A DNA stretch of 64,000 nucleotides from Hemiscyllium ocellatum (taxonomy: Eukaryota), in the NCBI RefSeq assembly GCF_020745735.1, contig NW_026867454.1, positions 1 through 64,000 on the forward strand. The letters run 5' to 3'. Made by a program: the position numbers and the translations under genes. Shown piece by piece: positions 13,205-27,410 of this stretch (position 1 is its first letter; every line of letters starts with the position of its first letter). The notes below the pieces were generated by a model. It was not told the origin of the DNA, did not search any database, and worked only from the letters and a program-made list of their open reading frames with translations.

Positions 13205-13651
13205 CTGCAGAATATTTGAGACAAATATAAATCAATCAAAAACATCCTGAACCAATATCACAATTTGACTCAATATTAAAATACGCCATTTTTAATTTGG
13301 GATTTATTCACTTTTGTTTTCTAAAAGAGTACACATTCTGTTCAGTAAAAAAAGTAAAGTTTAATGTGAAAGTTGCCTCCATGTTTCCAACCCACAACAA
13401 GGGCATTCTGTCCAATTGTCATTGCTGATGGTGACATCACAACCCAGGCTTCTTCCCACCTTATCTGATTTAATCAGAATACAATATCCTTTGGTCCATC
13501 TTTTTCTTAATCAGCTACTTAGTTATCCTGCCTTCAGATGCATCATAAATGCTCCCAACGGTGTTTGTTCATTACCAATCAAAGCCTGCCATTGATGTAA
13601 CTGGATCTGGATTACACATGGGATGCTTTGTGTTTTAATCTCACCGCTCAC

Positions 13652-13960
13652 CTTTCTCCTTGTGGATGGAGTCTCTCAGCGGAGTCGGTAGATTTTGATG
13701 GTTCACCACACATTCAAAAGTAACACCACTCAGCCAGGCTTCAGTAGAAATGTCTAATTTGCTGATCACGCTGTCGGGATTCTGTCCAGGCTGGTCAGCA
13801 ATCTCTGAGCTCAGAGGCTTCTTATCTTGTTTCCAGGTCACGCTGACTCCAGGAAGAAAATTGGACACAACGCAGGTTAACGTCACCGTCGCTTCCAGTA
13901 AGACTTGTTCGATTGGCGGTGGGAGGATTTTAACGGTGTGAGGGTGGCACTCGGTATCTT
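13652..13960 (-). CDS. IGHM: IgM constant exon Cmu3
   Basis: 309 nt, TTTCATAG| acceptor, AAAG|GTGAGC donor; LTCVVSNF...VTWKQ...FECVVNH. Confidence 0.94.
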
Positions 13961-15921
13961 CTATGAAACAAAAATCAAAGTCAATGAAAAATGCCCCTTT
14001 ATGATACAAACACCTAATCTTCAGATTACTTCTTCACAGGGTGAAGACACCACCTTCAAAATGGCAACTCCAACCATTGCTGAAACAATGCTTACTCTTG
14101 TTGATGTATTTTGATTTGTGAAAGCATTTGTGATTACCTGTGACATACCCTGTGTAATTATTCCAAAAGAACACTGGCTTTGTAACAAGTGAAAGCTGTG
14201 AAAAAAGTAAAATCATCGAAGATACCATTATGTAACCCATGGAATTACCTTTCTTTCAGAGTTTGTCTCTCACTTAAGACCATCTATAGATACTTGTGAC
14301 AAGAGTAATCTGAATATAATGAGTTCATTTCCATGTTCATAACCCTTAGGTGCAAGTGCTGCTGGTCACGCTGACTGCCAAATCACATCCCAAATTTTGG
14401 ACAAATTATAAGAAATAATAATTATTCTCTTTGCAGAGTTCTAAAGTGCTACAGGAGCAGTGAATATCCATGGAAATTCTGTTCATTGTATTTAACGTGA
14501 TCAAAAATACTTTGCGTTATTGGTGTGATGTCATTCTCTAATTTATGTCATTGTTCCTCGTGGGCTGAGTTTGGAGTAGATCTGAAAACAAGGCACTGAG
14601 TACAGCATTGGATATCGAGAAGGACACCCATCTCCTTAAGTCTTTCCCTCCATTCAGTTAGTTCATGACTGGTCTGTACTTTCACTTTATTTACCAAGCT
14701 GCATTTTTTAATTTCTTCATAGAGCAGGGGAGAAAAAAAACCAAACAAAAGTCTTAAATTAATCTACAAACGTGTTGGAAATGTGCACTAATTTTATAGA
14801 CATCCACTACCCACTGTGTAAACATCGCCACCCCAAACCAGGCTAAATCAGCCTGTCTCGAGTTCCTCGTTCATTCATCCCTATTGTAGCATTCTTACCA
14901 GAATTTATTCTCCTGCCTCATCCACTAATTACAGAGAGCATCTTAAAGAGGCTCAGTGGGATCACGTTTATCCCAGTTCATCAAATGTGATACCCACTTG
15001 GTCTGTGGTCTGATCCCATAAATGAAATTAAAGAGCTCAGTACCAGATAAAAATCGATGTCGTACAATGTCCAAGGCCAACAGGTCATTCCTGAGCAGGG
15101 AGTGAAGCATTGAACGCATTTTGATTTATTTTCAAGTTAGGGTCACTGCATATTTTAACCACGTCATTTTGAGAGCACAACATCATAAGATAGAGGATCA
15201 GAATAAGGCTGTTCGGCCAATCCAGAGTTTAGATCAGAATGATGCTGGAAAAGCACAGCAGGTCAGGCAGCATCCGACGAGCAGGAAAATCGACATTTGG
15301 GCTCAAGCCATTCTATGGTCTTCTCCCCACAATAAACAAGAACCGATCCATCTCTGGCTTGAATATACACAGCCCTCTGCAGCAACAAGTTCCACAGATT
15401 CATCACCCTCTGGCTGAAGAAATTCCTCCCCATCTCAGTTCTAAACAGTGCCCCTTTGACCCTGAGACTGTGCCCTTGGATCCTAGTCTCGCCTACCAGT
15501 CAAAACATCTATTTACATTCACTCGACCTCAGTCTCTCAGTATTTTCTATGTTTCAATTAGATATCTCTCCAATATCCCCCCTCCACCCCCAAACTTATC
15601 CTTGAAGCCACTACCAGGCAAGGATTCATCACTCTGAATGCCTCTCCCAGCATGGTCAGGCAACAAACTATTTAACAAACTATTTAACAAAGCTCACTGT
15701 CTATATATCTACCTTCAACAGAGAGGAAACATGCTTTTCTGACTTGCCAAAATGTTGAATTATGAGCAATGCTAATGTAACATTCAAACTGAAATGAGAT
15801 ACGTGACATGCTGGGAAATGAGAAGCTGTACCGTGCTGTTTACTACGCCTGATAAATTAGTGTGTTTGATTCACATCAGAGTTCAGAGTGATTTGTAGCT
15901 CTCCCAGTATGTGTCTCTTAC

Positions 15922-16233
15922 CCTGGAGTGCGGTGATGTTTTTACTTTGAATGTTCTCTTCGTGAGTGACCTGGCAGGTATAGACTGCGCTGTTGTACCA
16001 TTCACCATAAGGGACCATCAGCCGACTCGTCACCGAGAAGTTCCCGTTCGCCTCACACACGGGAGACGTGATGAAGCCGGAATCCAAGCGTCGGCCATTT
16101 TTCAACCAAGTCACGTTGATTGCCTTCGGATGGAAATCGATGATTGAACAAACGACAGTTGCAAACTTGCTGCTTGCGATTTCTTCACTGGAGCTCACAG
16201 TTAGGAGAAGAGTTGGTGGGAGAGGACCTGTAC
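15922..16233 (-). CDS. IGHM: IgM constant exon Cmu2
   Basis: 312 nt, TTTCCTAAAG| acceptor, CAGG|GTAAGA donor; [21 protein letters not shown]...YTCQVTH. An alternative acceptor 6 nt downstream is possible. Confidence 0.93.
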
Positions 16234-16329
16234 CTTTAGGAAACACATCGCATAAATTATCTGATGAATTTCATAACAAATACAATCAGTTCTCATATAT
16301 CAAGGTTTCTTGTGATTAATGGATACAAG

Positions 16330-19250
16330 AATCATAATTGTGCAGAGTGCTGGAGAAGCTGGGATCCACACAGAAAGATCATCAGGACAATGTGAAAGGC
16401 TAAAATTATAGGACACAGCAAGGGAGTCAAGGAGGCATAGAAACTATAGGCCAGTAACATCAGAAGGGAGATAGCAACATTGGATGGTATTCGTTTTAAT
16501 GACAGAGTCTGATGATCAAGGCAGATGAATTACCGGCATAAATGAGGAAATGATGCTGTTGCTATCACGGAGACATATTGAGAGCGGGGCAGGAGTGGCT
16601 ATTCAATTTTCCAGGATTTAGTGCCTTCAGGCGAGACAGGGAAAGATGGAAAAGGATGGGGGCAGGGTTTGCGGCACGGAATGTTGCTTCTGTCACAATT
16701 CTGACAAGAGTATTTTAGGCTGTAAAGAGAAATGAAATCATAGATACCTCCTCGAACAAAGGCAAATGGACAGTACTTCAAAACCAAAATACAGCAAACA
16801 TAACTACTGGGAGAGCACGATAGGCCTTACTATAGATCCAAAAGACCAAGTGCAAATACATGGATAAATTTCAGAGATATGTAAATTAAATAGGGGAATG
16901 AGAAAAGAGGTTTTTAACTTCCTCAGCATAGGCTTGGATATTCATTTTGTCTAACGTTTAGAGGGAGCACAATTCTGAAAATGCCCCCAGGAGAATATTT
17001 AAACAAAGTATGTGTTAATACAGAGAATTTTAATCCAGACCTTGCAAGAGAGGGGTGAACCTGAACTTAACTTTTGGGAATGAAGTCGACCCAGTGGGTA
17101 AAACATCAATGGTGGTGCACTTTGCAGACAGTGATCGTAAATCAGTTGGATTTCAGATTGTACTGCAAAGGAATAGAAATTGGCCCAAAGTTCTGAAAAG
17201 GGGAAGGACAATTTTAGTAAGATCAGGTAATGACTTAACCAGAGTGGACTGGAAGCTGACACTTATTGGTAAATCTGAGTCAGAGCAGTGTGAAACATTT
17301 AAGAAAGAGACAGGAAAATCATAGGGAGGACATTTCCCAGGAAGCCACTGAATGGGACCAAGAATGTAACGTGCTCTGGATACCAAAGGGCATGGAGGGT
17401 GAGATAAGGAGAAACAAGGGAGGCTTCCTGTCTATACTGGAATCTCAAAACAATAGAAATTAGTATGGAGTACAGAACGCGCAAGGGGGAGTTTGAAAGA
17501 CAAAGGAATTAGAAGAGCAAAAGGGACCATGAGAAAATAATAGGAGTCAAAATAAAGGAAAATATTTTTAAAAGTTACAGGCTCATTCATAATAAAAGAA
17601 TTATTCGGGAAACAGTAATGCCCATTAAGTGTTATTATTGGAGTGGAGCCGGAGGATTAGGTTGTGGTCAAAACGAATGTGTTGTGTCAGTGTTCACTAG
17701 TAAGAGGGACAATGTGGGGACAGAAATCATGGAGCGGGGTTGTGATGTACTTTCAGAAATTAGGGCACATGACGTAATGTTCTGTGTTGTCTTGCTAAAT
17801 GAAAAGTGGTTATATTTCCAGGGCAGATGAAAAGTATACCAAGCGGTTGAGCGATGCAAAGGACGAAATAGTTGGGTCGCTAACAATAATTTAGAATTAC
17901 TGTCTGGCCACAGCAGTTGTGCCAAGTGAGTGTAGATCAGCCAACGTTGCACTGTTACGCAGGACAAAGGAAGGGATAAATAATGAAAACACAGATCTGT
18001 CAAGCTAGTCTCAGTGGTAGGGAAACTATTGAAAAGTGAAATTAGTCTTCATTTGGAAGATAAATCAACAATTTTCAGCATAGTTTTATTGAGAGAAAGT
18101 CATGTGTAACAATTTGATAGTAGTTTTCAGAGAGATAACTCGATGTCCAGATGATAGCAATAATCAGAGCCAATGGGATCCGAGTTAATTTGACAGATTG
18201 GATCGAGAACTGGCTGAGTGATGGGAGCAGGGGATAATAGTCATCGGGTGTCTGGGTGACTGGGAATCTATGTCTCCTGGTGTTCTGTAGGGATTGGGGT
18301 TGATTTCCACGTTATTTCTCTTACATACCAATGATTGAGACTCAAATTTAGGAGAATTAACCAGTGAATTCACAGATGAAATGAAAACTGTCATGTTGGT
18401 AAGTCATGAGCATTATGGCTTTAGATTGCAGGAGGATAGAAAAGGGTTGGTTGTATGTGAAGAGAAGTTGCAAATGGAAATTATTCTGGATAAATGTAAG
18501 GTAATGTAATTCGGCAGAAGAATCTGTGAGGTATGACATTTTGAATGGTGGAACCCTGGAAAGGCCTGAGGATCTTTGGTGCATGTACCCACCGATCCCC
18601 TATAGTACTGTGTCGTCTGGATAAAGAGACTAAGGAGGTGGGAGGATATTTGCTTTTATTAGCCTAGACATTGACAATGAAGAATCGGGAGATGATACTG
18701 GAACTGGATAGAACACTGGTTAGGCCATACTGAAGCGTTGTGTGCATGTTATCGAAGGAATGTGATTACACTGAAGGCAGTATTGATGAGATTTGCCAGG
18801 ATCTTGCCTGGGTTGGAGGGTTTTAGTTATGAAACTAGATGAGATAGACAGGAGTTTTCCTTGGAGCAGAGGAGAATGAGGGAGAAGATTATCATGATGT
18901 CTAGAATTATTTTAGGCATAGACTGGGTAAACTGGATGAAACCTTTCCCCTTGATGGAGAGATCAATGCCTCAGGGGCACAGGGTGAAGGTAAGGCCAGG
19001 AGGTTCCAAGTGGATCTCAGGGGAAAACAAAATCAAACAGAGGGTGGTGTTAGCCTGGAGCTCAGCACCTATAAGTCATGTAGAGACTGAGCCCCTCATA
19101 ATAAGTATGAAGTATTGAGATGCATCCTTGCAAGGGCAAGTCACACAAGGCAATGGATCATGTGCTGGCACATGAGACTGGAATAGTTAGGTGGCTGTTA
19201 TTGATAGGCGTAAACTGGATGGATCAAAGGGCCTTTTTCCTGTACTGTAT
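16330..19250 (+). mobile_element. Long degenerate CR1-type LINE ORF2 (APE endonuclease to RT and 3' tail) in the Cmu1-Cmu2 intron
   Basis: Recognisable remnants of SL..KADEL, AITET, GDFN-region and RT/3'-end sequence, with many stops and frameshifts. Confidence 0.7.
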
Positions 19251-19338
19251 AAGGTGATTCTGTGAAAATGGTTATAAATAATGCCTTATTCATATTAATG
19301 CCAGATGCTCTGTTTATCTCAGTTCCCACAATACGTAC

Positions 19339-19647
19339 CTGGACATGGCATTTCTTTGCTCTTGTGTGACCCGCTGTGTTGAACCTCACAGTAGATTTTG
19401 CTGGGGCAATCTACCGCTGACCCGGGCAGGGTTAACTGGCTGCTCAGGGTGTAGGTTCCCTTCTTGTTTCTCACTGATGGGTAAGTCTTCAATCCACCAT
19501 TCGTGATTAGCACCCCACCTTTCTTCCAGGTTACCTTGGTGACGTCTGGGGAATAGTCCATCACCAAACAACCAAAGATTGTCGAACCGGTGCTGTGCTC
19601 CTCACAGGAGGAGACCAGGCCATAAAGCGTAGGGGGAGATGGTGTCT
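19339..19647 (-). CDS. IGHM: IgM constant exon Cmu1 ([43 protein letters not shown]...[18 protein letters not shown])
   Basis: 309 nt, acceptor TTGTAG|, donor CCAG|GTACGT, phase 1/1; C1-set Cys/Trp/Cys plus an N-terminal Cys for light-chain pairing. Confidence 0.94.
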
Positions 19648-20002
19648 CTACAATAGAATGACCAATTGAGCATGTTAGTTTCTGTTAATTTGACCTTATC
19701 AGTTACTCAAATGTATCCTCAGCTGTAACCGTTTGCCAGTATGCTCCCGCTGAAGTCTACAGCATAACTGGAGTTTATTTTTGTTTCCTACCAGTTGCTG
19801 ATCATGATCATTGGTTCCATCTTGAGAAACATGCCCTCGACCTTGACCATTGCCATATAATTTAGGAAGAAGAACATCCTGATCCCACCCCAGTAACTGT
19901 TTGAAGATCTCACCAATTGACACTTTCATTGGATTGCTGTGAAGAGCAGAGAAGTTTCACAAAATACAAACCAAGGAAATGCAGGTTCATTGAAATTCTC
20001 CA

Positions 20003-20312
20003 GTGTGTGCAAACAGGCCATTTGGCCCAACAAGTCCACACCCACCCTCTGAAAAGAAACGCATCCAGACCCATTCCTCTACCCTATTATGCTACGGTTA
20101 ACCCTGACTAATGCATCTAACCTCCCAATCACTGAACACAACATTCGCAATTTCCCCAGCTTGTACAGATTTGGACTGTGGGAGGAAATGCACACAGATA
20201 TGGGGAGAAAGTGCCAACTCCACACAGACAGTTACCCGAGGCTGGAATGGAGCCAGAGTCCCTAGCACTGTGAGGCAGCAGCGCTAACCATGGAACCAGC
20301 GTGCCGCCCCAC
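20003..20312 (-). mobile_element. HE1-like SINE
   Basis: Reverse complement of the same head, core and tail. Confidence 0.75.
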
Positions 20313-21149
20313 TAGGTACCGTGCTGCTGGAAATACCCAACAGCTGGCAGTACCCCTGGAGAGAAATCAGAGTGAATCATAGAACATAGAACATCACAGT
20401 GCAGTGCAGGCCCTTCGGCCCTCGATGTTGCGCTGCCCTGACATACTAATATGAAGCCCATCCCACCTACACTATTCCATGTACATGCATAGGCCTGTCC
20501 AATGACAACTTAAATGTACTTAAACTTGGCGAATCTACACCATTGCAGGCAAAGCACTCCATACCCTTACTACTCAATGAGCAAAGAAACTACCTCTGCT
20601 ATCTGTCTTATACCTATCTCTCCTCACTTTAAAGTTGTGTCCCCTCGTGTTTGCCATCCCCATACTTGGAAATCAGGTCCAGTGAGCCTTCCTCACTTCT
20701 CAATGCAAGACAAAATGTTCTCTCTGGGAGGAAGGTCACTGCAGCAGCAGCAGCAGCAGCACAGGCAGGAGCTGAGCACTGGGACGGGGAGGATGGCTGT
20801 CACGGCTGAACTCAGGCCAATTGTCTGGTAGTTGAAACATCTAATTTACAATGATCTGAATTCTGGAGGCCTCTGAAAAATGGAGGACCATTAAAGTTCA
20901 GAGACTTTGGAGTGTTACAGCTAAGTATTTATGTAAATATGATTTGAGAAATGAACAAGTAATCTTTAACTTTAATAACTATCAAACTGATACGCAGTTC
21001 ACCACCAAACCTCATCTCTCAGACTAACCACTGCACTTACTCTGCCTAGACCTAAATTTCCACTCACATTGACAAACCCCACCCTGCTATACACCCATTC
21101 ATGCCCGGAACACACAACCCCCTATCACACAAAACACATCCAAGGCAAT

Positions 21150-21830
21150 CCATATTGACAGTGTAGCTGAGCAGAGAGATCTCGGTGCCCATGTACACAG
21201 ATCCCTAAAAGTTGCCAGCCAGTTTGATAGAGTTGTTAAGAAGGCATACTTTGTGCTGGCTTTCATCGATAGAGGGACTGGGTTTCAGAACCACGAGGTT
21301 AGGTTGCAGCTGTACAAAACTCTGGTGTGGCTGCACTTGGAGTATTGTGTACTGTTCTGGTCGCCACATTATAGAGAGAATGTGGAAGCTTTGGAAGAGT
21401 TCAGAGGAGGTTTACCAGGATGCTGTTTGGTATGGCGGGAAGGTTTAATGAGGAAAGGATGAGGGTCTTGAGGCTGTTTTTGTTTGAGAGAAGAAGGTTG
21501 ACTTAATTGAGACATAAAAGATAAACAGAGGGTGGACAGTGAAAGTCTTTTTCCTTGAATAGTGATGGCTAGCAGGAGAGGACATAGATGACAGATGTCA
21601 GAGGTTGTTTCTTAACTCAGAGAGTGGTAGGGGCATGGAACGCACTGCCTGCAACAATAGTACACTCGCCCACTTTAAGGGCATTTAAAAGGTCATTGGA
21701 TAAACATATGGATGAAAATGGAATAGTGTAGGATAGATAGGCTTCAGATTTTTACACTGACCTGTGGAATCATCGAGGGCTGAAGGGCCTGTACTGCACA
21801 GTAATGTTCTATATTCTATATTCCAGATGG
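21150..21830 (+). mobile_element. CR1-type LINE 3' fragment in the J-C intron
   Basis: LQLYKTLVWLHLEYCVLFWSPHYR motif plus tail. Confidence 0.8.
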
Positions 21831-23614
21831 ACATATGATCTCAATTCCTTTCAGTCATTTACACTCCTGCCGCCCTGTACCTGGTCCATGGTGAACCTGG
21901 CCCTGACTGGACCTGACACCATCATTTCCACAACCTCTGACAAAAGCCCACTACCCAAGACATGACCTCAGCCCTTGATCACTGACCTCTCATCTTACCC
22001 AAGACAACCTGTGCACATTGCATCCTAGCTCCTTTGGCATCTGTGCTTTACAACCTACCATTTTGCCAGACTCTGAGCTTTGCATTTTGACAACACGTCC
22101 ACCTGTCACTTCATTACAGTGACCTTCCACCCCCTGAAACATCCTGGCACCCTGCCCATCTCTACACTAACCAGCCTGGCATCCTGCCCACCTCTCCATA
22201 AACCAGCCTGGCAAAGACAGACCTCCTGCATTTCAGCTCAAACTACCCCTCACCTACCAAGCACAATTCGACCAAATTATCCTGTGACCATTACCATTTC
22301 CCTTGATGCCACCTTGCCAGACAGAGTGCACGCAAGCTTACCCAGCAGCCAGCCTACCAGCCCAAACTCTCCCACATGCCCAATCTAGCCCCTCACTTGC
22401 TCACCACCTTCCAACTTTGAGCCTATCCACCATAAAGTCAGTGGGACATAAAGTCGTAGAGCACCGAAACAGTTCCCTTGGTCCAGCCCATCCATGCTGA
22501 CCAGAGTTCCCAAATTAAACTCATTCCACTTGCCTGCCTTTGGCCCATATCCATCCAGACCTATCCAGTTCCTGTAGCTGTTCAAATGGCTTCTCAATGT
22601 GGGACCTAGCTCTGCATTTACCACTTCCTCTGGCAGCTCATTCCAATGTTTTGGACAATTACAACATGAAGCCCTAACTCCTGCACTCAGTGCTCTGACC
22701 AATGAAGGTATGTGCGCCAAACACCTTCAACACACGAGGTACTTGAGACAACGCTTTCAAGAATCTATGAGTCTTGAATCTATGAATTTCTGTGGTGGAG
22801 AATTCCAAACGAATTCACCATTCTTGTGTTGAACAGTAAACAATCAGGTTCAATGTTATCAGTGTGTTGGGAAGATTGATGAGCAGCAAGATTAATGATG
22901 ATCCCATGAATGGAATAGCCTTCTAGAGAGGCCGAGATGCCTTCTTCAGCTTCCATTTTGCATGCTGACATGTCCCTTCGGCAGCATATTCCAAAATTGT
23001 GATCCTTGAGGATAAGGGCACACATGCATGTGAAGCTTTCCTCCATATCAGACTTCAACTTAACTCTCAACTATTTCCCTGCCCGTTTCCTCTTCCTCAA
23101 TCACAGCCATGGGACTCACTTCCTAACAGCGCTGTGAATATGCTAATACCATACAAACTTCAGCAATTCAAATAGACTGATGACAACTTGTTTCTCAAGG
23201 CGATATAAAAAGTCTGACACTTCCACACCTGTCTCGAGATTCAAACAACCACTAGAAGAATTGAAAATTATTTGAGGCACTTGTGTGTCTACACAAGATG
23301 ACATGATTTCCTTTTTTTAAAAATCACACAACACCAAGTTATAGTCCAACAGGTTTAATTGGAAGAAAACTAGCTTTCGGAGTGACGCTCCACTATCACC
23401 TGATAAAGGAGCGTCACTCCAAAAGCTAGTGTGCTTCCAATTAAACCTGTTGGACTATAACCTGGGGTTGTGTGATTTTTAACTTTGTACACCCCAGTCC
23501 AACACCAGCATCTCCAAATCATGGTTTCCTTTTGAGTGATTTGACTGTGTTTTCACTGAATGAACAGAGCTATTTCTTAATCATATAATAGGAATGAAGC
23601 TTCCCTCATTTTTA

Positions 23615-23822
23615 GCAACTGCTGAAAATGTATTGCTGGAAAAGCGCAGCAGGTCAGGCAGCATCCAAGGAGCAGGCAGCATCCAAGGAGCCCTTCCTGA
23701 AGAAGGGCTCATGCCCGACACGTCGATTCTCCTGCTCCTTGGATGCTGCCTGACCTGCTGTGCTTTTCCAGCAACACATTTTCAGCTCTGATCTCCAGCA
23801 TCTGCAGTCCTCACTTTCTCCT
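23615..23822. mobile_element. Fold-back (inverted) PLE-tail element with a mutated hammerhead core
   Basis: GCTGGAAAAGCGCAGCAGGTCAGGCAGCATCC ... GGATGCTGCCTGACCTGCTG...TTTTCCAGC around CTGAAGAAGGGCTCATGCCCGACACGTC. Confidence 0.75.
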
Positions 23823-26534
23823 CATTTTTAGCAAGGCAATCACACATTATATTTCTTGATTCCAGGGAAGTATAGTGTTAAATTAATGAAATATGATGAT
23901 TGGGATGTTTCAATTGGAAATTGTCAGATATTTAAAGTTTACTTTCATGAGCAATTAATCCCAGCCTCATTGTGTCACAGTACTCACAGGAATGTCTTTC
24001 AGAAATGGTGTCTCCCTTTGTTATGGGCAGTCGAATCAGTAAATCTGGGATAGTTTTTGCTTGTTAAACAAAGGTGTTAAAGAGCTTTAGCCAAAGGGAG
24101 ACCTGTGGATTGAGCTCACAGATGCACCATGATCTAAGTAAGTGGGGGAACAACTAGAGGGGCTGAGTGCCCTCCTCTTGTTCCTACCTTCCTATCATTG
24201 TGTCATTCATTAAGCTAGCACTGGCCGTGAATACTTTTGATTAAAATATTTCGATAAATTAATTGTTTCACACATGCTTTAAAAAAAACTTCTGTTGATT
24301 ATTTTGAACGGGATCACTGACATTCTCTATTTGAGTGATCAAAATAACTTCCACCCAATTACAGCAGCCACTGCACTCTGCAGTGTGTTGTTACTTCATA
24401 ATAGTTTCTTGTGAAACTACAGCTCGAGATCAGGGCACTCAAATTCAATAACATCTCTGAACATTTGCAATTTGTTCAAATGCATCCTTTCTCTGAAGAA
24501 CGTGTTTAATCGAACAGAACGTTTTTCAATGAAACAACAAACTTTAAATGCTAGAAAACCAAAATAAAGACAGAAACTTCTGAAGAAACTCAGCAGGTCT
24601 AGCAGCTCCTGTGGAGAGAAGGCAAGATTAACCTTTCCCATCCAGAGACCCCCTCTTCACCAAATTGTTTTCATGTTTTTGGCACAAGAGCTCACACCCG
24701 TTGAGATAAACAGTGATTCCGTTGGCTTGACTCCTGTTGGAAAAAGGATTCTTAGCAGAGGTACTGGATGGTCTGAGATAGCAATGGAAGACCAACTGAA
24801 AAGCTATCACCATCTGCTGCAAGTGTTGGATTCAACGGAAACCCCCACAGTACTGAACAATCAAATTCAGCTACAGCACTGGTTTAATATAAAGTAAAAC
24901 AGCCTAAGCAAAATCTCATCAAATATACTTTGAAAATGTTTCATTCGGGATTATTTATAAATGATATTGTTAGAACAGCAAGTCAAAAGCTGGGATTTCT
25001 TTGAGCACTTACTCCATTAACCCCATCTAGCGATGCCCAAAAGCTTGTGAACAAATATTGATCTGGAAAAAGCTGCTAACCACCAAAATTCTGTTTAATG
25101 TCTAAGAGACACAAGTCAGGACAGCGATTGAATAGATTTCACTGGCCTCTGTGAGTGGAATTCCAACAAACACCCAAACATCTCAATCTGCTTTCTTGTA
25201 CTGAAGTAACCTGATAAGAGATGGTGTTACATACCTCTCTAACAGGTTGTAAGTGAACACAGGCCACCTGGCACAGAATCAGGGACCCTACCACAACATC
25301 ACAACAGACCTGAACACAATGAGCTCGACACTATCACGGAGAACACAGCTCACCTGTTTTGACAGTTTATAAACCATGTTAGTTATTAACACCTTCCAAC
25401 AACCAGGGATTGTTCCAGAATGTTTGTACAATGAAAGTAACATTTCAACATTTATCCAAGAATACTTTGACAGCTGGTCCAAATTGTTCAAACTCGATGG
25501 GAACTACAGAGCAATAAAACTAGGAATTGCATTGCCATCAATTCACTGTCACTAGATTCCAACCTCGAACTCCCTTCCTCTTTCCCCTGTGAATGTTGCT
25601 GCACCAGACGGTCTACTTAGTTTGAAAAAGATTAAAATGTTTTGAAGTGTAATAAGACCATTGCCAGTAACATTAAAAGCTGATAATTAGTTTTCAAATA
25701 ATAAGATGCAAAAAAAATTCTGATTTTACATTGTGCCACGAAACATCTCCTGCATAACTGAGGCACAAAGAAAATATGCAGCATATTTCCCTCTGCCTCG
25801 CTCAATCAAATATCTCTTGTTGTCAACAACCAATTTCAAAACTCTTGCTATCTGCCTTTTGTTCCTGAAACGTTCGTTCTGATTGGAACAACTTAGTCAG
25901 GGCTCTCAATTCTGAGGCACCTAATCAAATATTGTATTTCTGGCAGATAAAAGTGGTTTTGAAGCGCGAGATAAAATTGAACTGTCAGAGACTCAGGTAT
26001 CCGAACTGGACAATTTATAAATGGTCAGGACCGTGGACAAGTTAGTCAGAGATAGCACTGAAACAAACTATACAACAGACTTAATCCCAGAGGATACATT
26101 GCTCAACTCCTCACGTCAAATATATTCACTGTAATTGAATATTCATCAGAGGAACTAACCAGTGGATTAATGTGAACGAGAATGTATTCACAATAAATAT
26201 AAATAACCACTGAGTTCATAAACTTAATAAGTCATTGTATTTAACAAAATTATTGAGGTGGGAAATATCGCCAATTAAAGCACAGATCTGGAGGAAATGG
26301 ATTATTCTCTAAATTATTTTTACATATTCTTAAAACGTTCCTCGAATTGTGGAGACTTTGCATGCACTGCATAAACAATACTGCATTCCAGTGTGGAAAG
26401 CATTTCTGTTGAAGGAATTAGGGCAAGGTTATTTTCTTGTTAACTGCTTGTAATGAACGAAAATGTTGAAAAAGGTATGAATTGAAAACATGCTTCTGTC
26501 TGGAGTTGCCCACTTTAACGGATGTCTAAGTAAA

Positions 26535-26825
26535 TATGGCACTGCTGCCTCACAGATCCAGGTACCCAGGCTCGGTTCCAGCCTCGGGTGACGGCCTATG
26601 TGGAGTTTACACAATCTCCCCTGTGTCTGTGTGGATTTCCTCCCAAAATCCAAAGATGTGCAAGTCAGGTGAACTGGTCATGCTATATTGTCTATAGTGT
26701 TAGGTGCATCAGTCAGGGGTAAATATAGGGTAGGGGAATGGGTCTGGGTGGGTTCCTCTTCAGAGGGTCGGTGTGGACTTGTTGGGCCAAATGGCCTGAT
26801 ACATACTGCAGGAAATCTAATCTAA
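26535..26825 (+). mobile_element. HE1-like SINE
   Basis: GCACTGCTGCCTCACAG...GGTTCCAGCC...GTGGAGTTTACACAATCTCCCCTGTGTCTG. Confidence 0.75.
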
Positions 26826-27075
26826 ATGATTGTCACACTGGACTAATGTGAGCAGATTCCTTCAGATCGCTACATTGCAATAAATCGATCAAGTATATTA
26901 GTTAAAATAAATATGACTCTATTTTCAGTGTTTGAATAAACAATGTGCTCTGTTATCCTCTAGTTCATGTCTTCTGCAAATTTGTGAACTCTGCATACGC
27001 CTGAACACATCGATGTAAAATGAATTTTCTGCGTTTGCAGCAAGTACTCCCATGGTTTTAAGAGGAGAGTTCCTA

Positions 27076-27410
27076 CAGTATGGAAACAGGCCATTTGGCC
27101 CAACAATTCCACACTGACCCTCTGAACAGTAAGTAGCCCACCCAGACCCATTCCCCCTAATTTATATTTGTCCTTGACTAATGCACCCTAACCTAGACAT
27201 CCCTGAACACTAGGGCTGTGCTAAACTGCACAATCACCTGACCTGCACATCTTTTGGACTGTGGTAGGAAACCACAGCGCCCGAAGGAAACCCACACAGA
27301 CACAGGGAGAATGTGCAAACTCCACACAGGCAGTCACCCGAGGGTGGAATCAAATTTGGGACCCTGGCGCTGTGAGGCAGCAATGCCAATCACTGAGCCA
27401 CCATGCTGCC
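27076..27410 (-). mobile_element. HE1-like SINE
   Basis: Reverse complement of the same consensus; forms an inverted pair with the 26535 copy. Confidence 0.75.
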
